The notes under the pieces: generated by a model | The model's database searches: none | What the model was told of the DNA's origin: nothing | Seen by the model: only the letters and a program-made list of their open reading frames with translations | Part shown: piece by piece, positions 26,879 through 36,020 of the stretch | Layout: every line of letters starts with the position of its first letter | Position numbering within the stretch: position 1 is the first letter of the stretch | Position numbers and translations under genes: made by a program | From: an uncultured Gammaproteobacteria bacterium | GTDB taxonomy: Bacteria > Pseudomonadota > Gammaproteobacteria > Enterobacterales > UBA3532 | DNA: 56,784 nt | Assembly: GCA_964001325.1 (NCBI GenBank) | Contig: CAXFCR010000002.1 | Location: 1 to 56,784 of the forward strand | Direction of reading: 5' to 3'

Positions 26879-27982
26879 ATGTTAGATAAAGCATTAATGA
26901 ACGATAGACTGATATTTGATAAAAAAACCCAGAGTTTTCTGGCGATCCTAACCGCCGTCGCTCTGCTGGTTTCATTACTTAACACCTTTGTTCCAGAGGG
27001 ACATATTCTTCACTGCTCGACGTTCACAGTCACTCTATTGGGCAAATATTTATGCTATGCCCTACTAGCTGTGTCAGTTGATCTAGTATGGGGATACCTT
27101 GGCATACTCAGCCTGGGACACGGTGCTTTTTTCGCCTTAGGCGGTTATGCCATGGGCATGTACCTGATGCGTCAAATCGGTGATCGTGGGGTCTATGGCG
27201 ATCCGTTATTGCCTGACTTCATGGTGTTTCTAAACTGGAAGGAACTCCCGTGGTTTTGGCATGGCTTTGACATGTTCTGGTTTGCCTCGCTGATGGTTAT
27301 TCTGGTGCCAGGCTTGTTGGCTTTTGTCTTTGGCTGGATGGCCTTTCGTAGCCGTGTTACTGGCGTATACCTGTCTATTATCACCCAGGCGTTAACCTAT
27401 GCCCTTCAACAAGCCTTTTTCCGCAACGAGATGGGCTTTGGTGGTAACAACGGCCTGACCGACTTTAAAGAAATCATGGGCTTTGACCTGCAATCCGATG
27501 CAACTCGACTAGGCCTTTTCTTATGCACGGCCCTCGCGCTAGGACTGGGCTACATGGCCTGTCGTTATATTGTATGCTCCAAACTTGGCCGTGTTGCCGT
27601 AGCAGTGCGCGATGCGGAATCGCGAACACGCTTTATAGGCTATAGAGTTGACAAGGTTAAATTATGGATATTTACCTTTTCAGCCATACTGGCTGGCATT
27701 GCTGGCGCACTCTATGTTCCACAGGTGGGAATTATCAATCCCGGTGAGTTCAATCCAATCAATTCCATTGAGATTGTGATTTGGGTAGCAGTGGGAGGCC
27801 GCGCTACGCTTTATGGAGCTGTTGTTGGTGCCATATTGATTAACTATGCCAAGTCGACCTTCACCGGTTGGCTTCCTGATGCCTGGCTGTTCGCACTCGG
27901 TGGAATCTTTGTCTTCGTAACCTTGTATTTGCCGAAAGGAGTAACAGGCTTTCTAAACCGTAAACAGGAGCAGCTGGCATGA
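26879..27982 (+). CDS. urtC: Urea ABC transporter permease
   Basis: 367-aa LivM-type permease (GILSLGHGAFFALGGYAMG). It is tightly packed in the urt operon. Confidence 0.9.
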   Translation: MLDKALMNDRLIFDKKTQSFLAILTAVALLVSLLNTFVPEGHILHCSTFTVTLLGKYLCYALLAVSVDLVWGYLGILSLGHGAFFALGGYAMGMYLMRQIGDRGVYGDPLLPDFMVFLNWKELPWFWHGFDMFWFASLMVILVPGLLAFVFGWMAFRSRVTGVYLSIITQALTYALQQAFFRNEMGFGGNNGLTDFKEIMGFDLQSDATRLGLFLCTALALGLGYMACRYIVCSKLGRVAVAVRDAESRTRFIGYRVDKVKLWIFTFSAILAGIAGALYVPQVGIINPGEFNPINSIEIVIWVAVGGRATLYGAVVGAILINYAKSTFTGWLPDAWLFALGGIFVFVTLYLPKGVTGFLNRKQEQLA

Positions 27983-28809
27983 GCGCAATGAATTTTATCG
28001 AACAAATTCGCCAACGTGATCGCGTTTTTGACTTTATCCAGCCCCAAGCCAGCTCACGATTGGATGTATCTCATGGCAATATCCTGTACCTTGAAGACAT
28101 CAGTGTCAGCTTCGATGGTTTTAAAGCGATTAACAACCTCAACTTATACATCAAAGAAGGCGAATTACGTTGCATCATTGGTCCCAATGGAGCAGGCAAA
28201 ACAACCATGATGGATATCATCACCGGAAAAACCCGCCCCGACACTGGCAGCGCTTGGTTTGGTAGCCGCATCAACCTGCTGGAACTGGATGAGCCGGAAA
28301 TCGCCGAAGCAGGGATCGGTCGCAAGTTTCAAAAACCCACGGTTTTTGAAAATCACTTGGTCGTTGATAACCTAGAATTGGCTATGGCGGGCAACAAGTC
28401 CGTTATTACCTCTCTCTTTGCCCGCTTGTCAGCGGCTCAAAAAGAGCGGATAGACGAAGTGCTCGAAACCATTGGTTTAAAAGATAACAAATACCGATTG
28501 GCAGGTTCCTTATCTCACGGCCAAAAACAGTGGCTAGAGATCGGCATGTTACTGATGCAAAACCCCAAGCTGTTGTTGGTAGATGAACCTGTCGCCGGTA
28601 TGACGCACCAGGAAATGGATCGAACAGCCGAACTATTGAAATCACTTGCAGGCCAGCACTCAGTTGTTGTGGTAGAACATGATATGGATTTTGTGCGCTC
28701 AATCGCCAACCATGTTACCGTTCTTCACCAAGGCAGTGTTTTGGCTGAAGGAACGATGGATCAGGTTCAATCCAACCCAAAAGTCGTTGAAGTCTACCTG
28801 GGAGAGTAA
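27979..28809 (+). CDS. urtD: Urea ABC transporter ATP-binding protein
   Basis: Walker A GPNGAGKTT, signature LSHGQKQWLEIG and Walker B LLLVDEP. ATGA overlap with urtC. Confidence 0.9.
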   Translation: MSAMNFIEQIRQRDRVFDFIQPQASSRLDVSHGNILYLEDISVSFDGFKAINNLNLYIKEGELRCIIGPNGAGKTTMMDIITGKTRPDTGSAWFGSRINLLELDEPEIAEAGIGRKFQKPTVFENHLVVDNLELAMAGNKSVITSLFARLSAAQKERIDEVLETIGLKDNKYRLAGSLSHGQKQWLEIGMLLMQNPKLLLVDEPVAGMTHQEMDRTAELLKSLAGQHSVVVVEHDMDFVRSIANHVTVLHQGSVLAEGTMDQVQSNPKVVEVYLGE

Positions 28810-28811
28810 CT

Positions 28812-29507
28812 ATGCTGGCAGTCAATAACATCAATCAGTTTTACGGCGAAAGCCATACCTTATGGGACTTAGAGCTTCACGCAGAAAAAGGCAAGTGTAC
28901 CGTATTGATGGGGCGTAATGGCGTTGGCAAAACAACGCTATTGCAATGTGTCATGGGCTTGCTGCCGATTAAATCTGGCGAGATTATATTCAACGGTGAC
29001 CCTATTCATGGCTTGGTTCCTGAAAAACGCGCTCCCATCGGCATTGGTTATGTTCCACAAGGGCGACAAATTTTCCCCATGCTAACGGTAGAAGAAAATC
29101 TGCAAATCGGTCTTCCCGTCAGAAAAGACAAAGCCAAACAAATCCCGGAAATGATCTACGAGCTGTTTCCTGTCTTACGCGAAATGAAAAACCGCCGTGG
29201 TGGCGACTTATCGGGTGGCCAACAGCAACAGCTTGCAATTGGCCGCGCTCTTGTGATCGAGCCGCAAATGCTAATTCTGGATGAACCGACAGAAGGCATA
29301 CAACCCAACATCGTTCAGGAAATTGGTGATATCATTGTCAAGCTTAATAAAGAGGTGGGACTAACCGTACTTTTGGTTGAGCAAAAGCTTCCCTTTGCGC
29401 GCAAAGTGGCTGATAACTTTATTATTCTGGATCGAGGACGTCATGTCGCTAAAGGACAAATAGGCGAACTCAATGAGGAATTGATTAAGGAATATCTAAC
29501 GGTCTGA
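28812..29507 (+). CDS. urtE: Urea ABC transporter ATP-binding protein
   Basis: Walker A GRNGVGKTT, signature LSGGQQQQLAIGRAL and Walker B LILDEPTEG. Confidence 0.9.
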   Translation: MLAVNNINQFYGESHTLWDLELHAEKGKCTVLMGRNGVGKTTLLQCVMGLLPIKSGEIIFNGDPIHGLVPEKRAPIGIGYVPQGRQIFPMLTVEENLQIGLPVRKDKAKQIPEMIYELFPVLREMKNRRGGDLSGGQQQQLAIGRALVIEPQMLILDEPTEGIQPNIVQEIGDIIVKLNKEVGLTVLLVEQKLPFARKVADNFIILDRGRHVAKGQIGELNEELIKEYLTV

Positions 29508-29508
29508 T

Positions 29509-30423
29509 ATGTCTGCAACACCTCTTTACTCTGTGCACAAAGCTACCGAGCATGATTCGACAGAGCACTATGGCACCAGCCGACGTTGGCAAGCTAGCCT
29601 AGAGCTATCTTTTGATAAGCCTTCTAGTGGCAACCACGGCTCAAGCAACCGAACTCGTATGGCGCGCATGAAGTTTCATGGCCCTTTGCGGGTTCAACGT
29701 CCGTTTTATCCCGAAGGCTCTCCTTGCCACGTCTACCTTCTGCATCCACCCGGTGGAATGGTCAGTGGCGACAGGCTAGCCATCAAAAGCAGCCATCATG
29801 ATGGCAGTCATGCCCTCATCACAACACCAGCTGCGGGTAAAATATACCGTGCCGATAGCTGGAATGGTGTTCAGCGTCAAAAGGTAGCTCTCAACATAGG
29901 TAATGCGATTTGTGAGTGGCTGCCACAAGAAAACATTATTTTTAATGGTGCCAATGCCGATCTGTATACTCGAATAGAGACTACATCTGATAGCAAAATG
30001 ATTGGCTGGGAGCTTACCTGTTTAGGAAGACCATCCAACGAGGAGCGTTTTACCGAAGGCAGTCTAGTGCAGAGACTTGAGGTTTATTGCGATCAAACGC
30101 CCCTACTTCTGGAACGCCAGCACCTAGCCTCCAACGATGGTTCTCTAGACAACCTCGCCAGTTATGCCAGCTATCCAGTTACTGGCACGCTGGTCGCGGG
30201 CATTTTTGATAGCGCCCCAGAAGCGCTGCTAGAACAGTTACGAGCACTACCAGAACCTGAAGGTAGTCGCGCTGGAGTAACTTGGCGCAACCGCTTGCTG
30301 ATTATTCGAATAGTCGCTGATAAAACCGAACGCTGTCGACAATATTTTATCGATTGCTGGGGCCTGGTGCGGCAACACTTACTTGCTATCGCACCAAGCC
30401 CTCCTAGAATATGGTTCACATAA
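29509..30423 (+). CDS. ureD: Urease accessory protein UreD
   Basis: 304 aa starting 1 nt after the urtE stop. FHGPLRVQRPFYPEG...HVYLLHPPGGMVSGD is the UreD/UreH hallmark. Confidence 0.9.
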   Translation: MSATPLYSVHKATEHDSTEHYGTSRRWQASLELSFDKPSSGNHGSSNRTRMARMKFHGPLRVQRPFYPEGSPCHVYLLHPPGGMVSGDRLAIKSSHHDGSHALITTPAAGKIYRADSWNGVQRQKVALNIGNAICEWLPQENIIFNGANADLYTRIETTSDSKMIGWELTCLGRPSNEERFTEGSLVQRLEVYCDQTPLLLERQHLASNDGSLDNLASYASYPVTGTLVAGIFDSAPEALLEQLRALPEPEGSRAGVTWRNRLLIIRIVADKTERCRQYFIDCWGLVRQHLLAIAPSPPRIWFT

Positions 30424-30442
30424 CCTTCAGGTTGTGTGAACC

Positions 30443-30626
30443 CAGGGTAAGAGAATGAACGCTCAAGTTTTATCCATTGTCGCTGAGTGGCTGGATATTT
30501 CTGGAGCAAATATCTGCTGCACGGATGCAGCAGTTAAGCCATCATGGACGATTTTACGGCGTTTTGCGCAAGAAATTTCCAGCCACTCAGCGATAATGGA
30601 CTGCTGCTGTTCATGATCTTGGCCTG
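30443..30626. repeat. Family A long imperfect palindrome, copy 2 (184 bp), flanked by 10-bp direct repeat TGTGTGAACC
   Basis: CAGGGTAAGAGAATGAAC...GTTCATGATCTTGGCCTG with apex CTGCTGCA-cgga-TGCAGCAG at 30514-30533. TGTGTGAACC occurs at 30433-30442 and again at 30627-30636. Confidence 0.9.
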
Positions 30627-30664
30627 TGTGTGAACCTCATTACCCGCTTTAGAAGGAGCAGACA

Positions 30665-30967
30665 ATGGAGTTATCTCCAAGAGAAAAAGACAAGCTGTTG
30701 CTTTTCACAGCCGCGCTTTTAGCCGAACGACGCAAAGCAAAAGGCTTAAAGCTGAATTATCCCGAAGCCATGGCCCTTATTTCGGCAGAGATTATGGAGG
30801 GAGCGCGTGAAGGAAAAACCGTCGCCGAGTTGATGAGTTCCGGCCGAGAAATACTAACTCGCGATGATGTGATGGATGGCATCGCGGAAATGATTCACGA
30901 GGTGCAGGTCGAAGCAACGTTTCCTGATGGCACCAAGCTCGTCACCGTTCACAATCCGATTCAATAG
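30665..30967 (+). CDS. ureA: Urease subunit gamma
   Basis: 100 aa. [35 protein letters not shown] is canonical UreA. Confidence 0.97.
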   Translation: MELSPREKDKLLLFTAALLAERRKAKGLKLNYPEAMALISAEIMEGAREGKTVAELMSSGREILTRDDVMDGIAEMIHEVQVEATFPDGTKLVTVHNPIQ

Positions 30968-31014
30968 CCAGTGGGATCTCAGATACCTATTGGCCTAACC
31001 AAGGAGATGCGCAG

Positions 31015-31347
31015 ATGATTCCTGGTGAGTACCGCATAAAAAATGACGACATCCCACTCAATGAGGGGCGTCCAACCCTCAGCCTCGAAGTAGCCAATAC
31101 CGGAGATAGGCCCATCCAGATTGGCTCTCACTACCACTTTGCGGAGGCCAACCCTGCACTGCAATTTGATCGCAGCGCCGCCCGCGGATTCCGCCTGAAC
31201 ATTGCCGCAGGAACCGCCGTTCGATTTGAACCGGGACAAACCCGCAGCATAGAACTGGTTGCGCTGGCCGGGACTCGCCATGTCTATGGATTTCGTGCTG
31301 AAGTCATGGGACAGCTCGATAACAACCCAACGGGAGAGAGCAACTAA
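31015..31347 (+). CDS. ureB: Urease subunit beta
   Basis: 110 aa. [19 protein letters not shown]...[16 protein letters not shown] is canonical UreB. Confidence 0.97.
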   Translation: MIPGEYRIKNDDIPLNEGRPTLSLEVANTGDRPIQIGSHYHFAEANPALQFDRSAARGFRLNIAAGTAVRFEPGQTRSIELVALAGTRHVYGFRAEVMGQLDNNPTGESN

Positions 31348-33053
31348 TGGCAACAATATCACGACAAGCTTATACCGATATGTTTGGCCCCACCACAGGC
31401 GATAAAGTCAGGCTGGGCGATACCGAGCTATGGATAGAAGTGGAGCATGATCACACCGTCTATGGTGACGAAGTCAAGTTTGGCGGCGGTAAGGTCATAC
31501 GAGATGGCATGGGCCAAAGTCAAAGCAATGAGTCGACCGTAATGGATCTGGTGATCACTAACGCTCTCATTCTTGATCATTGGGGCATTGTCAAAGCTGA
31601 CGTTGGTATCCAAAACGGTCGGATCGCAGCAATAGGCAAGGCTGGCAACCCGGATACCCAAGAAGGCGTCAATATTATTATCGGCCCCGGCACCGAAATC
31701 ATCGCTGGAGAAGGCCAGATTCTAACAGCAGGCGCTATCGACGCCCATATCCACTTCATCTGTCCTCAGCAGATCGAAGAAGCACTGATGTCTGGCGTGA
31801 CTACGATGCTCGGCGGCGGAACCGGCCCAGCAACCGGCACCAATGCGACCACCTGCACACCGGGTGGTTGGAATATCGGCAAGATGCTTCAAGCAACCGA
31901 TAGCTTCCCAATGAATTTTGGCTTTCTTGGCAAGGGCAATGCATCGCTTCCTGACGGACTGCGTAGTCAGCTCGAAGCCGGTGCCTGTGGCCTCAAATTA
32001 CATGAAGACTGGGGAACAACGCCAGCGGCCATCGACAATTGCTTAACTGTCGCTGATGAATACGACGTTCAAATTGCGATCCATACCGACACGCTTAACG
32101 AATCAGGCTTTGTAGAAGATACGCTCGCCGCCTTTAAAGGACGCTGTATCCACACTTATCATACAGAGGGCGCAGGTGGTGGCCATGCTCCCGATATCAT
32201 CAAAGCCTGTAGTGAAAGTAACGTATTGCCTTCGTCGACCAATCCTACGCGCCCCTACACCATCAATACCATTGATGAACATCTCGATATGCTAATGGTT
32301 TGTCATCATCTCGACCCTAATATCCCAGAAGATGTCGCCTTTGCCGATTCACGCATTCGCAAAGAAACCATTGCCGCTGAAGATATTCTGCACGATATGG
32401 GGGTATTGTCGATGATCGCATCTGACTCTCAGGCCATGGGACGCGTCGGAGAGGTGGTTTGTCGTACTTGGCAAACGGCACACAAGATGAAAGTACAACG
32501 CGGCAGCTTGCCAGAAGATGAAAACAGTGGTGCAGATAACTTCCGAGCTAAACGCTACATAGCTAAATACACCATCAACCCAGCACTGACACATGGCATA
32601 GCCCATGAAGTCGGTTCTGTTGAAGTAGGTAAGCTGGCAGATTTAGTCTTATGGAAGCCAGCCTTTTTTGGCATTAAACCATCATTGCTACTAAAAGGCG
32701 GATTTATCGCGGCCGCCCCTATGGGCGATCCCAATGCATCGATCCCAACACCGCAACCTGTTCACTATCGATATATGTTTGGTGGCTTTGGTTCAGCTCC
32801 CAGCCAGACCAGCGTAACCTTTGTCAGCCAAGCAGGGCTGGATGCCGGTATTAAAGACACGCATGACCTGAAACGCACGCTAGTTGCGTGTAAAAACGTT
32901 CGCCAAGTACGCAAAGAAGATATGGTCCACAATAGCGCTACGCCCAAAATAGAGGTCGATCCGCAGAACTATGAAGTTCGTGCCGATGGCGAATTGCTTA
33001 GCTGTGAACCCGCCACAGAATTACCGCTGGCGCAGCGCTACATGCTCTTTTAG
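31347..33053 (+). CDS. ureC: Urease subunit alpha
   Basis: 568 aa with [41 protein letters not shown] and MVCHHLD active-site motifs. Confidence 0.98.
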   Translation: MATISRQAYTDMFGPTTGDKVRLGDTELWIEVEHDHTVYGDEVKFGGGKVIRDGMGQSQSNESTVMDLVITNALILDHWGIVKADVGIQNGRIAAIGKAGNPDTQEGVNIIIGPGTEIIAGEGQILTAGAIDAHIHFICPQQIEEALMSGVTTMLGGGTGPATGTNATTCTPGGWNIGKMLQATDSFPMNFGFLGKGNASLPDGLRSQLEAGACGLKLHEDWGTTPAAIDNCLTVADEYDVQIAIHTDTLNESGFVEDTLAAFKGRCIHTYHTEGAGGGHAPDIIKACSESNVLPSSTNPTRPYTINTIDEHLDMLMVCHHLDPNIPEDVAFADSRIRKETIAAEDILHDMGVLSMIASDSQAMGRVGEVVCRTWQTAHKMKVQRGSLPEDENSGADNFRAKRYIAKYTINPALTHGIAHEVGSVEVGKLADLVLWKPAFFGIKPSLLLKGGFIAAAPMGDPNASIPTPQPVHYRYMFGGFGSAPSQTSVTFVSQAGLDAGIKDTHDLKRTLVACKNVRQVRKEDMVHNSATPKIEVDPQNYEVRADGELLSCEPATELPLAQRYMLF

Positions 33054-33061
33054 GATTAACT

Positions 33062-33505
33062 ATGTTAAAAGTAATAAAAAACCTCGGACATATCCACCCT
33101 CAGCAGCTTGATGATGTTGTCACACTACCATTTGAACTGCGAACGCGCGGTCGCTTTAAATCCCAAACAAGTAGCGGCCTCGATGTTGGTGTCTTTCTTG
33201 AACGTGGAAAAGTCTTACAGGCTGAAGATGTGCTTGAAACGGAGTGCGGTAAGCGCATTCAAGTTAAAGCCGAACTGGAAGACGTGATTGAAGCAACCAC
33301 TGACAACTGGGAAACGTTCTCGCGCAGTTGTTACCACTTAGGTAATCGCCACGTTCCACTGCAAATCGGTGAACGTTGGCTTCGGTTCAAGCCAGATCAT
33401 GTATTGGAAGACATGATCAAACGCCAGGGAATGCACTGCGAACAAAAGCTGGCCCCTTTTTCCCCAGAAAATGGAGCCTATAGCGGAGGACACCATCATC
33501 ACTAG
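33062..33505 (+). CDS. ureE: Urease accessory (nickel chaperone) protein UreE
   Basis: 147 aa with LGNRHVPLQ and a His-rich tail GGHHHH. Confidence 0.9.
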   Translation: MLKVIKNLGHIHPQQLDDVVTLPFELRTRGRFKSQTSSGLDVGVFLERGKVLQAEDVLETECGKRIQVKAELEDVIEATTDNWETFSRSCYHLGNRHVPLQIGERWLRFKPDHVLEDMIKRQGMHCEQKLAPFSPENGAYSGGHHHH

Positions 33506-34172
33506 TCTGGAGGGGGCTTCCTCTATATTACCTCTGCTCTACCTGTCGAGTCCCGCCTTGCCAATAGGAGCTTTTGCCTACTCACAAGGCCTTGAATATG
33601 CCATAGACGAGGGCTGGGTGAGCAACCAAAAAGAGCTGGCTCAGTGGTGTAAAGGCGTCATGCAGTTTGGCCTCGGCCGCTTAGATCTTCCGATCTTGTT
33701 ACGCTGTTACCAAGGCTGGCTAGACAACGACAAAGAGAGCCTGGAAAAGTGGAATCAGTTTGTATTAGCCAGTAGGGAAACCGCCGAATTGGAAGCAGAA
33801 GACATCCAGCTAGGCAAGACATTGGGAAAGCTACTGGTTGATATCGACCACCGTCCTCCATACCCCATCGCCACTGCCAGCTATGTGATCTATTATGCAT
33901 TTGCAGCCCAGTCTTTAGCTATTCCAGTTCAGCAGGCGGCGCAAGGCTTTTTATGGAGCTGGCTAGAAAACCAAACCACCGTAGCTTGTAAAACCATCCC
34001 TTTGGGACAGACTGCGGCCCAGAAAATACTAATTCAATTGCTACCCGAAATACCTAAGGTAGTCGATTATGCAATGACAATAGTCGATAACGACATAGGA
34101 GCGACCTTGCCTGTCCAGGCTATTGCCAGCGCGAAACATGAAACCCAATACAGCCGATTATTCAGGAGTTAA
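33471..34172 (+). CDS. ureF: Urease accessory protein UreF
   Basis: LPLLYLSSPALPIGAFAYSQGLEYAIDEG is the UreF signature. The start is uncertain: ATG 33471 overlaps ureE by 35 nt and lacks a clear SD. Confidence 0.85.
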   Translation: MEPIAEDTIITSLEGASSILPLLYLSSPALPIGAFAYSQGLEYAIDEGWVSNQKELAQWCKGVMQFGLGRLDLPILLRCYQGWLDNDKESLEKWNQFVLASRETAELEAEDIQLGKTLGKLLVDIDHRPPYPIATASYVIYYAFAAQSLAIPVQQAAQGFLWSWLENQTTVACKTIPLGQTAAQKILIQLLPEIPKVVDYAMTIVDNDIGATLPVQAIASAKHETQYSRLFRS

Positions 34173-34175
34173 TGA

Positions 34176-34805
34176 ATGACGACACAATGCTTGCGAGTAG
34201 GTGTTGGCGGACCTGTTGGTTCAGGAAAAACCGCCCTCCTCCGCCAACTGTGCCTTAAACTGCGCCAACGTTTTAACATGGCAGTAGTCACTAATGACAT
34301 TTATACCAAAGAAGATGCACAGTTTTTATTGCGCCATGAGGCGCTGGAAGAAGATCGCATTATGGGTGTAGAAACTGGCGGTTGCCCTCACACAGCTATT
34401 CGCGAAGATGCTTCTATGAATCTTGCTGCGATTGAAGAACTGCAAAACCGCCATCCAGGACTAGAACTGGTTCTGGTGGAAAGTGGTGGCGACAACCTTA
34501 GTGCAACCTTTAGCCCAGAGCTGTCGGATCTGACACTTTATGTTATTGATGTGTGTGCAGGCGACAAAATTCCGCGTAAAGGCGGCCCAGGAATAACCAA
34601 GTCTGATTTGTTAATTATCAATAAGACCGACCTTGCACCGATGGTCAATGCATCACTGGATATCATGGATCGCGATAGTAAAAAAATGCGCGGTGACCGC
34701 CCGTTTGTGTTTACTAACCTCACCAAGGGCGATGGCGTTGATGATATTATTCAGTTTATTGTCGACAGAGGAATGCTCTCTGACAGCCCTACTTCAGGCA
34801 ATTAG
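34176..34805 (+). CDS. ureG: Urease accessory GTPase UreG
   Basis: P-loop [14 protein letters not shown] motif [11 protein letters not shown], and ESGGDNL and INKTDL GTPase motifs. Confidence 0.97.
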   Translation: MTTQCLRVGVGGPVGSGKTALLRQLCLKLRQRFNMAVVTNDIYTKEDAQFLLRHEALEEDRIMGVETGGCPHTAIREDASMNLAAIEELQNRHPGLELVLVESGGDNLSATFSPELSDLTLYVIDVCAGDKIPRKGGPGITKSDLLIINKTDLAPMVNASLDIMDRDSKKMRGDRPFVFTNLTKGDGVDDIIQFIVDRGMLSDSPTSGN

Positions 34806-34873
34806 TCTTCAGACAATTAGTCTTCAGACAATTCGTCTTCAAACAATTCGTCTTCAAACAATGCCGCTTAAGA
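34799..34873. repeat. Tandem 15-bp repeat x4-5 (CAATTAGTCTTCAGA x2, CAATTCGTCTTCAAA x2, one degenerate)
   Basis: Head-to-tail units at 34799, 34814, 34829 and 34844, with a degenerate unit at 34859. The first unit contains the ureG stop codon. GTCTtcAGAC mini-palindromes span the unit junctions. Confidence 0.9.
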
Positions 34874-34900
34874 ATTACTATTTTGAGGAGAAAACAGCTA

Positions 34901-35056
34901 ATGAAAAAACGCATACTATTATTAACTGCTATGCTAACCAGCCAAGTAGCATTGGCGCATGATGGACCTTTCGGCCATAATCACGGAGAATATCTACCGT
35001 TAGCACTTGGCGTAGCTGCCGTCATTGGCGCCATTTTATGGTTTAAAAAGCGCTAA
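34901..35056 (+). CDS. Unannotated 51-aa ORF: signal peptide + His-rich segment + C-terminal TM anchor (putative nickel-related small membrane protein)
   Basis: Below the ORF-track size cutoff. GAGGAG lies 10 nt upstream of the ATG. It translates MKKRILLLTAMLTSQVALA|HDGPFGHNHGEYLPLALGVAAVIGAILWFKKR*. It lies directly after ureG. The A-H-x-G...H-x-H-G start resembles the N-terminus of HupE/UreJ proteins. Confidence 0.5.
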   Translation: MKKRILLLTAMLTSQVALAHDGPFGHNHGEYLPLALGVAAVIGAILWFKKR

Positions 35057-35063
35057 AACCGGG

Positions 35064-35199
35064 TTCTGCAAATAGCGCCACGTGGTAGGGTATTTCTTAC
35101 GCAAAACGTCGTGAAATCATCCTTGATGACTAAACTGCCGCATCCATGCGGCAGGTGTTTGCTTCAGAAACACTCTACCACGTGGCGTTATTTGCAGAA
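35064..35199. repeat. Family A palindrome, copy 3 (136 bp, inverted orientation, diverged outer arms)
   Basis: TTCTGCAAATAGCGCCACGTGGTAG...CTACCACGTGGCGTTATTTGCAGAA. The ~80-nt core aligns with the reverse complement of copies 1 and 2. The apex is CTGCCGCA-tcca-TGCGGCAG at 35135-35154. Confidence 0.8.
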
Positions 35200-35244
35200 T
35201 GCACAGCAATATGCGAATCTAGTTGCATCTCAAGTACAAAAGTT

Positions 35245-35925
35245 ATGCAACGCATGAGTCCCATAATAGACCTTTCAAACATTGACGCTATCCTCCTTGA
35301 TATGGATGGCACCCTGCTCGATCTCCATTACGACAACCACTTCTGGTTACACCACTTACCCCAGCGCTACGGACAGCTGGTCAACATTCCTCATGACCAA
35401 GCCAAGCACAAGCTGGATAAAGCTTATGAAACGCTATCAGGCAAGTTAGACTGGTATTGTCTTGACTACTGGCAACAGTTTTTAGGGATCGACATCATTA
35501 AGCTCAAACGTGAAGTAGCGCACCTCATAGGCATTCACCCCGGTGTAGAACGGTTTTTACAGCTAATGAGAGATCAAGAAAAGAAACTGTACATTCTGAC
35601 CAACGCCCATCAGGGAAGTCTGGACTTAAAGCTGGAATATACCGGAATAGAAAAATACTTCGACGGACTGATTAGCTCTCACGACTATGGTGCACCAAAA
35701 GAGGAGCAGGCTTTTTGGCAGCAATTTTTCCGTCGACATCCTCAGTTGTCCAAAGAGCGCTGTTTGTTTATCGATGATAATCAGCATGTTTTAGACAGTG
35801 CACACCAATTTGGTGTCGGACACCTATTAGCGATAAGCCAGCCTGATAGCCAACGACCTCAAAATACTATTCAACGCCATAGCAGTGTTGCATCATTCGC
35901 ACAATTGTTAGAAAACTTAGGCTGA
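35245..35925 (+). CDS. yrfG: HAD-family GMP/IMP nucleotidase YrfG-like
   Basis: IDAILLDMDGTLLDLHYDNHFW...LDWYCLDYW...ILTNAH...FIDDN aligns along its length with E. coli YrfG. The start could be 35245 or 35254. The upstream ATG at 35146 lies inside the repeat. Confidence 0.75.
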   Translation: MQRMSPIIDLSNIDAILLDMDGTLLDLHYDNHFWLHHLPQRYGQLVNIPHDQAKHKLDKAYETLSGKLDWYCLDYWQQFLGIDIIKLKREVAHLIGIHPGVERFLQLMRDQEKKLYILTNAHQGSLDLKLEYTGIEKYFDGLISSHDYGAPKEEQAFWQQFFRRHPQLSKERCLFIDDNQHVLDSAHQFGVGHLLAISQPDSQRPQNTIQRHSSVASFAQLLENLG

Positions 35926-35964
35926 ACACCTTAGCGCGTTTTCAGCACATAATTAGCGGGGCAT

Positions 35965-35990
35965 AAAAAAGGGGGCTCAATAAGCCCCCT
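35965..35990 (-). terminator. Rho-independent terminator of the outer-membrane protein gene
   Basis: On the minus strand: GGGGGCT-tattg-AGCCCCC followed by TTTTTTAT. Confidence 0.75.
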
Positions 35991-36020
35991 GGAACAATCG
36001 ACTATATAATGGAGAGAGGA

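Noticed and set aside
26410-26985. Long antisense ORFs opposite known genes (26410-26985 vs urtB/C, 17630-18208 vs the ygiM-like gene, 42147-42584 vs the lipoprotein, 30979-31362 vs ureB, 54229-54595 vs the pullulanase PE-linker, and others)
   Set aside because: Each lies opposite a gene with clear family motifs. Each has low-complexity or biased composition typical of shadow frames and lacks an SD or start context.
34799-34873. Possible CRISPR array or minisatellite-encoded peptide ([20 protein letters not shown] in ORF 34633-34962)
   Set aside because: The units are contiguous 15-mers with no spacers, so this is not a CRISPR array. The ORF through it is out of frame with ureG, overlaps the ureG 3' end and has no start context.
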